Part shown: positions 1-8,096 of the stretch, in pieces
Layout of the letters: each line of letters opens with the position of its first letter
Position numbering within the stretch: the first letter of the stretch is position 1
From: Candidatus Heimdallarchaeota archaeon
GTDB lineage: Archaea; Asgardarchaeota; Heimdallarchaeia; Heimdallarchaeales; Heimdallarchaeaceae
Reading direction: 5' to 3'
Assembly (NCBI GenBank): GCA_021399395.1
Contig: JAAFKJ010000039.1
Span: forward strand, 1-11,263
Length of the DNA stretch: 11,263 nucleotides
Position numbers and translations under genes: made by a program
The notes under the pieces: generated by a model
What the model saw: the letters and a program-made list of their open reading frames with translations, nothing else
Databases searched by the model: none
What the model was told of the DNA's origin: nothing

Positions 1-11
1 AAGAAGGAGAA

Positions 12-2183
12 TTATAGTTTGAGTTTACGATTTCTTCTTCTCCTGAAAATAGCGATGATGATCTGAACTAGAATGAAACTAGAACCTATAACAGCGATTG
101 GTTCTGTATTAGTTTTATCAGTAGTGTTTGTCGATGTTGGTGTAGGTGTTGTAACTATGACTGGTATGTCAGTCGAATTATTTGGATCAGAATCATTAGA
201 GATTTCAACATAATCAGAATATGTGTCATCGTCTGTGTCGATATCTTGTGGATTAGTTCTGTGATCATATTCTAAGGAATTTATCAGTGAATCTCCATCT
301 AAATCATCCGAAGAATCGTCTATAGCTGTATCCAATCCAACGAGCTCTTCCCACATGTCAGGTAAATCATCTCCATCGACATCAGTAATAGTATCTGTAA
401 CCATTGGATATCTGTCAAGAGCTGCAGTGTTACCTCCAATTTTGTAATAACCGTAACCTTGCCAATCTGAGTAGTGATTTCCTAGACCTTCAGTTTCATT
501 GTACCAAGTGTTTCTGATTTCATTTTCGTTTGCACCTTTTTCCACTGATTGGTTGGTACCACCAGCTCCATTCTCATAAAAATAGTTCTGAGTAATTTCA
601 TTGTAAATTGCGTAATTAGCAAGAAGACCACATCTTGAATTAGTTCTAAGTATATTATACTTTACTTCTGAATAGGCACATTGCAAATAGATACCTTCAG
701 TATTATTGTAACAGTTATTCATGGTAATTACCATATCATAACCATAAACAAATAATCCTACTACGGTGTTGTTGTAACACGTATTAGATTGGATACTTAA
801 TGAGCTAGTATAAGAAACATCTATTCCAATATCGTTATTGAAACAGGTATTTTCTGAGATTACTGCAGCAGCGGAACCTTCGAAACCATAAAGTCCAATA
901 CCATATTCGGCTTGTGTGCATGTATTTCGAGTTATATTTATTCTTCCTTTTAGATAACCAATTATACAAGAATCTGACCCGCCTATAATATAATTGTTAT
1001 CTATAGAGATGTTATCTCCATGAGATAGAAATATCCCAAATTCAGTGCATTCGAAGACGGAATTGTTTACTGCAATTTCATCAGATACAAAACTATCGAA
1101 TCCACGTTTACCACGAATAGTGCAATTTGATACATAAACTCCATTACAATAATCGTGTACAATTCCTTGCTGGATAATACAATTATCAAAATAGATGTTA
1201 GTTGAATGGAATAATTTAATGTGATATTCAATTGGAGTACTATTAAGGTTCTCAAAAGTTATCTGATTGCAATTAACTAGTATTAGCTGCCCATAGTCTC
1301 CATCTACTTGCCAATCATTAATATCTCTTACACATTTTAGCTCTTTACCATTCACTGTGTTATTGTAGAAATTTATTTCTTCATCATAATAATAGGAACC
1401 AACATCTAATCTACAACCTATTAGTGTGTTGTTTATCAAAGTTGAACCTAAATTAACATAAAATTCGTTTTCTTCATCGTTGTTTATCACAGTGTTGTTG
1501 ATATAAGTACATGTTTTGAAAGATGATTCCATCATAACACCGAAATTGATAATGTTATTCTCAATTAGAGAATTTGTTGACATGATGGTTATTCCATAAC
1601 CAGAATCTGTAATGTAATTGCCCTTAACAGTTGATCCTATTCCGAATCTTATTTCTATACCATCTTGATGAGTTCGGTTTAATCCTCTAATAGTGTTCTC
1701 TAAAACAAAACAAGAATCACTCTCAACTGTATTTATCGCAATTATTGTAAAATTAAGAAAAGTATTTCTTCTTACCACCTGTTGGTCAGAATAGTAAACA
1801 TAGATTCCTCTACCAACATCATGTAATATATTTTCCTCGATCACTCCTGTTCCAGCTGCAACGTTGTACAGATAAATACCATAAACATAATGTGAGATAT
1901 TGCAATTTTTTATGATAAAATGCTTAGTTGTATCATTGATATAAATACCATATGTGAGATTGGCATCCAAATTCAAGTTCTCTATAATGTAAGGATTGCT
2001 ACTGCTTCCATTTCCTGAGAAACCATGAGTGATGAAATCACTATCAGAGTGTATTACTAAACTTGCATCAATAGGGTCTCCTCTGACTTCTAGATTAGCT
2101 TCAAATAAGAATAATGATAAGAATATTAGAGATAAGATACTCCCTTTCAACACTTTTTTAGTGATTCTTGATCCAACAGTCAT
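12..2183 (-). CDS. Cell-surface right-handed parallel beta-helix (NosD/CASH/PbH1-like) protein with acidic Ca-binding (TSP3-like) repeats, Thr-rich linker and C-terminal membrane anchor
   Basis: Signal-like N-terminus (KKVLKGSILSLIFLSLFLF). GxGxxxNPYIIEN motif, then many GIxL...IxxNxxxNN repeats. DxDGDxLxD..E....DP repeats at ~169-383. TTPTPTSTNTT linker, hydrophobic helix and RRRRNRK tail. The track starts at TTG 2264; ATG 2183 is preferred because a TTTATAAA box lies ~27 nt upstream. Confidence 0.85.
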   Translation of the reverse strand: MTVGSRITKKVLKGSILSLIFLSLFLFEANLEVRGDPIDASLVIHSDSDFITHGFSGNGSSSNPYIIENLNLDANLTYGIYINDTTKHFIIKNCNISHYVYGIYLYNVAAGTGVIEENILHDVGRGIYVYYSDQQVVRRNTFLNFTIIAINTVESDSCFVLENTIRGLNRTHQDGIEIRFGIGSTVKGNYITDSGYGITIMSTNSLIENNIINFGVMMESSFKTCTYINNTVINNDEENEFYVNLGSTLINNTLIGCRLDVGSYYYDEEINFYNNTVNGKELKCVRDINDWQVDGDYGQLILVNCNQITFENLNSTPIEYHIKLFHSTNIYFDNCIIQQGIVHDYCNGVYVSNCTIRGKRGFDSFVSDEIAVNNSVFECTEFGIFLSHGDNISIDNNYIIGGSDSCIIGYLKGRINITRNTCTQAEYGIGLYGFEGSAAAVISENTCFNNDIGIDVSYTSSLSIQSNTCYNNTVVGLFVYGYDMVITMNNCYNNTEGIYLQCAYSEVKYNILRTNSRCGLLANYAIYNEITQNYFYENGAGGTNQSVEKGANENEIRNTWYNETEGLGNHYSDWQGYGYYKIGGNTAALDRYPMVTDTITDVDGDDLPDMWEELVGLDTAIDDSSDDLDGDSLINSLEYDHRTNPQDIDTDDDTYSDYVEISNDSDPNNSTDIPVIVTTPTPTSTNTTDKTNTEPIAVIGSSFILVQIIIAIFRRRRNRKLKL
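169..383 (-). repeat. About three acidic protein-level repeats (DxDGDxLxD/N-xxE-xxxxD/NP), TSP3-like calcium-binding type
   Basis: Translation: DVDGDDLPDMWEELVGLD / DLDGDSLINSLEYDHRTNP / DTDDDTYSDYVEISNDSDP. Confidence 0.75.
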
Positions 2184-2205
2184 GTCCAATATGTTCTCAT
2201 AATCA

Positions 2206-2213
2206 TTTATAAA
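2206..2213 (-). promoter_or_regulatory. Putative TATA box for a leaderless transcript of the beta-helix gene
   Basis: TTTATAAA (inside the palindrome ATTTATAAAT, 2205-2214) is centred ~27 nt upstream of ATG 2183, the canonical archaeal spacing. Confidence 0.55.
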
Positions 2214-2310
2214 TCTAGACAAGAATAGCCTAACAATCAGTTGTTCTAATACTCGAACAAACAAAAAATATGCTTTTCACAGAAACGTATAACTTCTTGC
2301 CGACAAAAAC

Positions 2311-2368
2311 AAACAAAAACTATAAGTAACTAAAAAAGATTAAAGTTGTTGATTAAAAAATCAGAGGT
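2311..2368 (+). promoter_or_regulatory. Putative BRE/TATA promoter and Shine-Dalgarno site of the S8 protease gene
   Basis: A-rich AAACAAAAAC followed by TATAAGTA (2321-2328); GAGGT at 2364-2368 precedes ATG 2373. Confidence 0.5.
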
Positions 2369-2372
2369 CTTT

Positions 2373-4964
2373 ATGTTGATTTCGAAAAGAACAATGAGCT
2401 CTTTAGTTATCTTTGGCCTGCTAATTTTGAGTTTTACTTCTACTTCAAACACATTAGCGAAAACAAATGGTGATTATTCTTCTATCTCAGGTATCGAACA
2501 ACCAGATATACCAATAGATCATCATCTTGTTAAGGTAGACGATTCTCAAGATGTTGACCAAGATCTCATACAAGACTCATTTAAAGAAAAATTAATTTTA
2601 AGTGATAAGACAGAAACTTTTGAAGCAATTATTTCATTTACTGGACCTATCACAAAAGCTGAAAGAACTTTCCTTCAAACTAATGATATAGAAATAATTT
2701 CAGAGTTTACAGTCATTTATGCTGCTCACGTAAGAGGAACAGCTGAATCACTACTCCTAACAAAGAACTTAGGTACAACACTATATCTAGAAGAAAATGG
2801 TATAGGGCATGCTTTGATGTTAGATGTTACAGAGGATTTTGGAGTGAGAAAAGTTTGGCAAGTATCACAAGGATATGGATATACAGGTAACCCAAATACC
2901 GCTATTGCTATCTTGGATACAGGTATTGATGATTCTCATCCAGATTCTAACTTCAATGTGGTTTACTGGCATGATTACGAAGGTGCAGATTATTCAGTAT
3001 CAGGAGATGAGTATCTTACTCCAACTGACAAAGGCGAGCACGGGACTCATGTAGCTAGTATAGCTGCATCAAATGGAGCGTCTAGCAGCGGATCATCAGT
3101 CTCTTTACAAGATTCAGGATTTTTCCCTGGTTCTGGGTATGCGAACTATGGTTCTTGGTTTTATATTCCTTCTGCTCAAACTGTAACCATAAATTATGTG
3201 TGGGAAGGAACTGGATCTTATTATGTCGGTTTTCTTGACTCATCATATAGCTGGGTGACTTCCAGTCCAACTGACAGTTCTTCTCCAGGTTCGTACTCTT
3301 ACTATTTTAGTACTCCTGGATTCTATTGTGCAATGTATGGAACACCAACTGGAATAGGGGGAGATTTCTACTCAGGAGAAGTTGTTTATAACAATGGTTG
3401 GACTAATCCTTATAGCGATGGTTATGGTTCTTTTGCAGGTGTTGCACCAGACAGTAATATAGTTGGTCTTAAAGTCCTAGATGACAGGGGCACCGGTACA
3501 TCAGCTTCTCTGATAAATGCTCTTAATTGGTTATATTTTAATGGACAATCCTACAATGTGACAGTAGTGAATATGTCAATAGGTTGGCCAGCAGTTTATC
3601 CTTCTATTGATTCAGCAGTAAGTTCTTTAGTTAGAAACAAAGGAATAGTCTGTGTTATTTCAGCTGGAAATGATGGAACTTCATCTGGTGGAGTTTATTC
3701 TCCAGGTTCTTGTCTTGATGCGATAACTGTAGGTTCAGTAAACAAAGCTAGTGAAATTGCTTATTACAGTAGTAATGGGCACTCATCACAAGGTTTCATC
3801 AAACCAGATGTTGTTGCTCCTGGTGGTAGTTATGCTCCTTCAGGATCTTCTGCTCCTACCCAACCAATCATTGCTTCAGATAGTAATGATGCTGATGAAG
3901 CATATGACTATGGTACATCAACTAGTTATCTACCAAAAACTGATTATTACACAAATAATTTCAGAGAATTCCAAGGAACTTCCATGGCTGCTCCTTTTGT
4001 AGCAGGTCTAGTTCAACTAATCGTTGATGCCATGATGGAAGAAGGAACTTATACCTATTCATGGGATACTGCCAAGAAAATCAAGCAGATTATTTGTATG
4101 AGTGCAAGTGAAGTGTATAACATTGAAGGTGCGATTAGTACTGGTGGAGAAACTTATGATCCACCTTCTCCAGTTGGAGATGGTATACCTCAATATCCTG
4201 GTTGGACTAGAGATACTAAGGATTATGTCGAAGGATGGGGAGTTGTCTCAGTCGAAGGTGCTATTCAAGCTGTTACTGACTGGTTAAGTGTAGGGACAAC
4301 TGAACTGATCAATCTCTCAGGTCGTCAATATGGCTCACATGTTGCTGTCAGACAAATGAATCTAGAAGCTGGTGTTATCTACAAATTATACGGTGAGTTC
4401 AACCTAGGTACTTTTACTGATGCTGATCTGTTCATCATGGATACTGATCCTGATGTTAATGGCGAACCAGTCATTCTGTCAAAATGTGTTCTAGGTATAG
4501 TAACCGAAGAATCTTCTATCTTCTCTGTTCCAGATGATGACGTCTACTACTTAGTTGCCAAATGGTCAGATGGTGTCTTCGACGGTTCATGTAACGTTAA
4601 AGTCAGCGAGGTTGTAACTCTAACTTCTCATACAAACTTTGAAGCAGTCCATTCTGATACAGTAATCGGCTTTGATATAGATACAGTTGACATAGCTTCA
4701 GTTGAATATAGAATCGATGCTGATCCATACAACCCACTTAGCTCACCTTATGAAGTAACCTTACCTGGTCCTGAAGGAGTTCGTACTATTTCCATTCGTC
4801 TAATGCATGATAAAGGTCAAATGGAAGAGATGGTCTTCACTTTCACAGTAGATGACTCAGTCGAACCTTCATCAACACGTAGTTTGAGTTACTCAACAGC
4901 AGGAATACTCATAGCTTCAGTGGTTTCCATAAGCATAATTTTAATTAGAAAGAAGAGAAAATAA
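2373..4964 (+). CDS. Secreted, membrane-anchored S8 (subtilisin-family) serine protease with propeptide, internal insertion, PPC-like and Ig-like domains
   Basis: Intact catalytic motifs: ILDTG (Asp codon 2916), HGTHVAS (His 3039), SAGN (oxyanion Asn 3669), GTSMAAP (Ser 3981); also GVAP, VVNMS and KPDVVAPG. N-terminal signal peptide and I9-like propeptide. C-terminal DADLF...YYLV PPC-like segment, Ig-like segment, TM helix and RKKRK. The track starts at TTG 2346; ATG 2373 has the SD. Confidence 0.95.
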   Translation: MLISKRTMSSLVIFGLLILSFTSTSNTLAKTNGDYSSISGIEQPDIPIDHHLVKVDDSQDVDQDLIQDSFKEKLILSDKTETFEAIISFTGPITKAERTFLQTNDIEIISEFTVIYAAHVRGTAESLLLTKNLGTTLYLEENGIGHALMLDVTEDFGVRKVWQVSQGYGYTGNPNTAIAILDTGIDDSHPDSNFNVVYWHDYEGADYSVSGDEYLTPTDKGEHGTHVASIAASNGASSSGSSVSLQDSGFFPGSGYANYGSWFYIPSAQTVTINYVWEGTGSYYVGFLDSSYSWVTSSPTDSSSPGSYSYYFSTPGFYCAMYGTPTGIGGDFYSGEVVYNNGWTNPYSDGYGSFAGVAPDSNIVGLKVLDDRGTGTSASLINALNWLYFNGQSYNVTVVNMSIGWPAVYPSIDSAVSSLVRNKGIVCVISAGNDGTSSGGVYSPGSCLDAITVGSVNKASEIAYYSSNGHSSQGFIKPDVVAPGGSYAPSGSSAPTQPIIASDSNDADEAYDYGTSTSYLPKTDYYTNNFREFQGTSMAAPFVAGLVQLIVDAMMEEGTYTYSWDTAKKIKQIICMSASEVYNIEGAISTGGETYDPPSPVGDGIPQYPGWTRDTKDYVEGWGVVSVEGAIQAVTDWLSVGTTELINLSGRQYGSHVAVRQMNLEAGVIYKLYGEFNLGTFTDADLFIMDTDPDVNGEPVILSKCVLGIVTEESSIFSVPDDDVYYLVAKWSDGVFDGSCNVKVSEVVTLTSHTNFEAVHSDTVIGFDIDTVDIASVEYRIDADPYNPLSSPYEVTLPGPEGVRTISIRLMHDKGQMEEMVFTFTVDDSVEPSSTRSLSYSTAGILIASVVSISIILIRKKRK

Positions 4965-4989
4965 TTTTCTTCTATATCCTTCTTTTTTT
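4965..4989 (+). terminator. Putative oligo-T archaeal terminator after the protease gene
   Basis: TTTTCTTCTATATCCTTCTTTTTTT directly follows the stop codon, in the gap between convergent genes. Confidence 0.5.
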
Positions 4990-5018
4990 GATTTAGTCAT
5001 GTTGGTAGTAGTTTTTCT

Positions 5019-6989
5019 CTAGATATGTGATTTTAGAGGTATTGGCGTGTCAGCGATGATGGATTCAGTTGTAGTTGTTCTTTTGATTTTATTGATACCT
5101 TTCTCAACTTTTAGTAACTCAAGCTTCTCTGTAATTCTTGCGCTACTATCTAGTTTCATTATTATCTCTCTTATTGAATCAAAATTACTTTGTTCCTTCC
5201 AAATTACTTTTTTCAATCTGTCTAATTTCGCTTCAGTTGCTATTTTCATTGCTTCTTCAAGTAAGTTTTCTGCTTGAGTTTTCTTTAGCTCCACAAGCGC
5301 TAATTTTGATTGTAGGATAAGAGTCTGACACTTAATCAAGTATGAATTGTTATCTGATGCAATCGAGGAAAGCTCCCCTACATACTTCTTTAGATTTTCA
5401 AAACTCTCTACTTCATTTGTTAAATTGATTTCATGAAGTATTAGTTCACATAATGATATCAGGACCCTTGTTCGAAAAGAAAAAGCTAAGTCTTCTCTTA
5501 GTAGGTTTTCAAATGATAATTCAGCTCTAAGTCTTTCTCTTGAATTGGAGCTGTTTTTAAGAATCAGGGCTTCAGAAAAATTGAGTTTAAGCTTCAGAAC
5601 ACTATCTTTTGTTTCTGCTGTGATTTGTTCCAATCTTTTCCTATAACCTCTAGCTAACTCTATTTCAGACTTCTCTGAAGTAAAAAAGATTAGATCAAAA
5701 AGAACATTACCTATCCATAGAGAGTTTTCTATTTCTTCGAATAATCTCAAACTTTTTTGAGCATCAGAAATTGCCTTATCTTCAAATCCTTTTTGCCAAT
5801 AAATCATACAGATTCTAGACAAAGAAAAAGCAGTTTCAAGAGTATATTCAGTTTTCTTATGGAGATTCAGATTTTCTTCTTCAAATTGCAGAGCTTTATC
5901 AAGATCACCGATAAGTAAGTAAATTGCAGATAAATTAGGGAGAATACTCCACCATCCCTCATATTTGGTTTCATAACAATAATCATATACTTTTTCTGTA
6001 TATTCTAATGCTTGAAGCAGATCCCCTTTCAATCTATAAACATACCCTATGCTTTGAGAAATATAAGAGATGTGACGTAAATCTTCCTTTTCTGTAAAAT
6101 AATCAAGTGCTTTTTTAAAACATTCCAGAGCTTTATTATATCTTCTCTGAGACTCATAATATGCTCCCATTTCAGAATTGTGAATAGCAATTCCTGTGTC
6201 GTTTTCTAATTCTTCCCAAATTCGTAAACTCTTATTCATATAATCTAAATATAAATCATACTCCCCATTTTCCAAATGAAAGTGTCCAAGAGCTCCAAGG
6301 GTGGAAGCTATAGCATATTTGTTTCCTAATTCTTCCCAAAAATCTAAAAGCTTAATGATGTAACTATAATGTTCCTCCATTCTTCCTGTTCTCAAATAGA
6401 AAACCATTAGATTATTAATAGCCCCAGATCTTGCAAAAAGATCATTAACTTCTTCTGATAGTTTCAAAGCTTTTTCTGTTTGTTTTATACTCTCTTCAAT
6501 ATAATTTTCAGGGACTGGTTCTCCAAGAAATGAACGAATTGCAGGTCTTACTGCTTTAAATATCAAAAACAGAGGTTCTAATCTCTTTGCTTCCCTTGGG
6601 TCTTCTGAACATATTCTTCCATAAATACTATCTAGTTTTAGGGCTAATTCAAGATTTTCCTTATACATTGAAAGTCTATAATTACTCCATGAGAGAAAAA
6701 TTATTGAAGTAAAAAGAAGCGAAGGATTGTCAATTTTCAAGGATTCTTCATAAGCTTCTAAATCTAAAGCACGAGCGGTTCTAAATCGATCTGGTTGATG
6801 TACAAACTTTCCCAAATAAAACTCAATAAGACTTTTAAGATTTAAAGCTATAATTTTATTTTCAATAGAGATATTTTCAGTTTCTAGAACTTCTTCTATT
6901 CCATTCATTGCTTCAGTATACTTACCTTGAAAGATTATTTTCCTAAGTCTATCCAATTCCTTTTCCAATGATGAAGCCAGATTACCCAC
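5019..6989 (-). CDS. Tetratricopeptide-repeat (MalT-like/TPR_12-type) protein
   Basis: ~40-aa helical repeats, e.g. A.TLGALG.FH...GEYD..LDY..KSL.IWEEL.N and IGYVYRLKGDLLQALEY.EK. The C-terminal ALILK.S....R..AE / LCEL...E / L.QSKLAL segment resembles, from memory, the expanded Asgard TPR family. The GTG start is uncertain. Confidence 0.88.
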   Translation of the reverse strand: MGNLASSLEKELDRLRKIIFQGKYTEAMNGIEEVLETENISIENKIIALNLKSLIEFYLGKFVHQPDRFRTARALDLEAYEESLKIDNPSLLFTSIIFLSWSNYRLSMYKENLELALKLDSIYGRICSEDPREAKRLEPLFLIFKAVRPAIRSFLGEPVPENYIEESIKQTEKALKLSEEVNDLFARSGAINNLMVFYLRTGRMEEHYSYIIKLLDFWEELGNKYAIASTLGALGHFHLENGEYDLYLDYMNKSLRIWEELENDTGIAIHNSEMGAYYESQRRYNKALECFKKALDYFTEKEDLRHISYISQSIGYVYRLKGDLLQALEYTEKVYDYCYETKYEGWWSILPNLSAIYLLIGDLDKALQFEEENLNLHKKTEYTLETAFSLSRICMIYWQKGFEDKAISDAQKSLRLFEEIENSLWIGNVLFDLIFFTSEKSEIELARGYRKRLEQITAETKDSVLKLKLNFSEALILKNSSNSRERLRAELSFENLLREDLAFSFRTRVLISLCELILHEINLTNEVESFENLKKYVGELSSIASDNNSYLIKCQTLILQSKLALVELKKTQAENLLEEAMKIATEAKLDRLKKVIWKEQSNFDSIREIIMKLDSSARITEKLELLKVEKGINKIKRTTTTESIIADTPIPLKSHI

Positions 6990-7045
6990 CTTTATGAATC
7001 ATTAAACGATACTAAAGCTAGATTATAACTCTTTTGAGATAAAGG

Positions 7046-7109
7046 AAAAAAAAAATTCAGAGAAGAATAAAAGAAAAAGTGTTAACAGTTTGTTTTCTTA
7101 CACTCTTCT
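7046..7109 (-). terminator. Imperfect 17-bp hairpin followed by a U10 tract (terminator-like)
   Basis: Arms 7061-7077 (AGAAGAATAAAAGAAAA) and 7093-7109 (TTTTCTTACACTCTTCT) give 14 Watson-Crick pairs plus 2 G-U pairs on the minus-strand RNA and 1 mismatch. A10 at 7046-7055 reads U10 just downstream on the minus strand. Confidence 0.6.
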
Positions 7110-7149
7110 TTCCCTGTAGAAATCAACTTCCTTTTTTGTTATCATTTTT

Positions 7150-7448
7150 CTACTTTTTTCGCAAAAAAACACTATCTACATACTGATTTAAGATAAAATG
7201 ACTTGAGTAATCTAATAGTTGGTCTCTATCACTTGAAGCTACAACAGTTTCCAAATCAAATTTAGTGCTTAAAGCGATTTTTGAAAGCTCCTCCAATTCC
7301 TCCCAAACCAGTGCGTGTTTAGCTAGAATCCCAGTAATTTTTCAATAACAAGAGAATCACCTTCTTGACTGTCCTAGTATGGATCTTTTCTCTTTAGCAA
7401 ATTCGATTTCATTCCACATGTCTGTAGCTATTTTACCTGTCTCCTCAT
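7150..7448 (-). pseudogene. Probable decayed small gene, AbrB/MazE/SpoVT-like
   Basis: Joined frames read EETGKIATDMWNEIEFAKEKRSILG / QEGDSLVIEK / ITGILAKHALVWEELEELSKIAL...FLRKK* (TAG 7152-7150), matching the AbrB pattern IxxPKExRxxLGxxEGDxL. This needs three single-base indels. A TTATAAAA box at 7473-7466 precedes ATG 7448. Confidence 0.45.
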
Positions 7449-7491
7449 TTTTATGCTGTTGGAGTTTTTATAATGTGAAAAATTCTATCTA

Positions 7492-7929
7492 CTACCTATC
7501 TAAGTCGTTTTTGTTAGAACTGTTGATGTCTTCAGTCATTTCTTTCTTCTCTTTATACTTCAAGAATATTTTATTGATGTAGAGTCTAATTGCAGCTCCA
7601 ATATTACCTCCAATCACTACAGATATTGGAAAGATAAGTATTTTCAAGAAATCATTGATAGACCATGAACTTATATCCCAGATAATGAAAGAAAGAAAGT
7701 AGGATAAAATACCAAGGATTAAAGATGATATGACCCCATCCAAGAATTTCATAGGAATTAGTCCTGAAATCAACCCTCCTGGAAGCATAAACATTAAACA
7801 CAAAATAAATATGTGAATGGACTGCAATCGGCTTTGATATAACCAAAAGAAAATCCAAATAGGTTGTAAACCTAAACTAAACCCTAAAAAAGCAAAACCT
7901 AATCTTTTGATAGTTGTTGATAATTTCAT
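7492..7929 (-). CDS. Hypothetical small integral membrane protein (~4 TM helices, charged C-terminal tail)
   Basis: Four hydrophobic segments with small-residue packing motifs (GGLISG, GGNIG); ATG start; TTTATATA at 7989-7982 upstream. Confidence 0.75.
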   Translation of the reverse strand: MKLSTTIKRLGFAFLGFSLGLQPIWIFFWLYQSRLQSIHIFILCLMFMLPGGLISGLIPMKFLDGVISSLILGILSYFLSFIIWDISSWSINDFLKILIFPISVVIGGNIGAAIRLYINKIFLKYKEKKEMTEDINSSNKNDLDR

Positions 7930-7981
7930 CTAAGTTACTCTGTTGGAGATGCTGAAAAACTTTTTGGAGTAAGGGAGTGAG

Positions 7982-8055
7982 TATATAAACCCCAAGTATT
8001 TTTTTTGTCACAACTTGCAACCTAACTGCAACTTTTGTACTAAGTGATTTATAAG
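7982..8055. promoter_or_regulatory. Divergent promoter region with candidate TATA boxes
   Basis: TTTATATA on the minus strand (7989-7982) and TTTATAAG on the plus strand (8048-8055), between divergent starts at 7929 and 8097. Confidence 0.4.
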
Positions 8056-8096
8056 AAGGTCCCTTGTGGACAATTGGACATGGCAAGGTTTCCACT

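Noticed and set aside
1067-1255. 62-aa alternative-frame ORF
   Set aside because: Nested in the beta-helix gene with no recognisable motif; shadow ORF.
1355-1502. Short recurring GTGTTGTT/GTGTTATT words suggesting a DNA repeat array
   Set aside because: They encode the Asn-Asn-Thr turns of beta-helix repeats; spacing is irregular and there is no CRISPR-like repeat-spacer structure.
3081-3420. Intein as the explanation for the protease insertion
   Set aside because: No C-terminal His-Asn followed by Cys/Ser/Thr, no block B TxxH and no LAGLIDADG motif; the composition fits an extracellular beta-sandwich.
3082-4287. Short ORFs 3082-3270 (-), 3751-4002 (+) and 4102-4287 (+)
   Set aside because: All lie inside the S8 protease gene; the Leu/Met/Gln-rich translations are typical off-frame artefacts.
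5047-5320. Plus-strand ORFs 5047-5277 and 5138-5320
   Set aside because: Antisense to the TPR gene; their hydrophobicity mirrors Lys/Glu codons on the coding strand.
7120-7149. Eukaryote-like SECIS (AUGA...AAA...GA) on the minus strand after the broken ORF
   Set aside because: ATGA-TAAC-AAAAAAGGAA-GTT-GA gives only a 3-4 bp helix, far shorter than a SECIS helix II.
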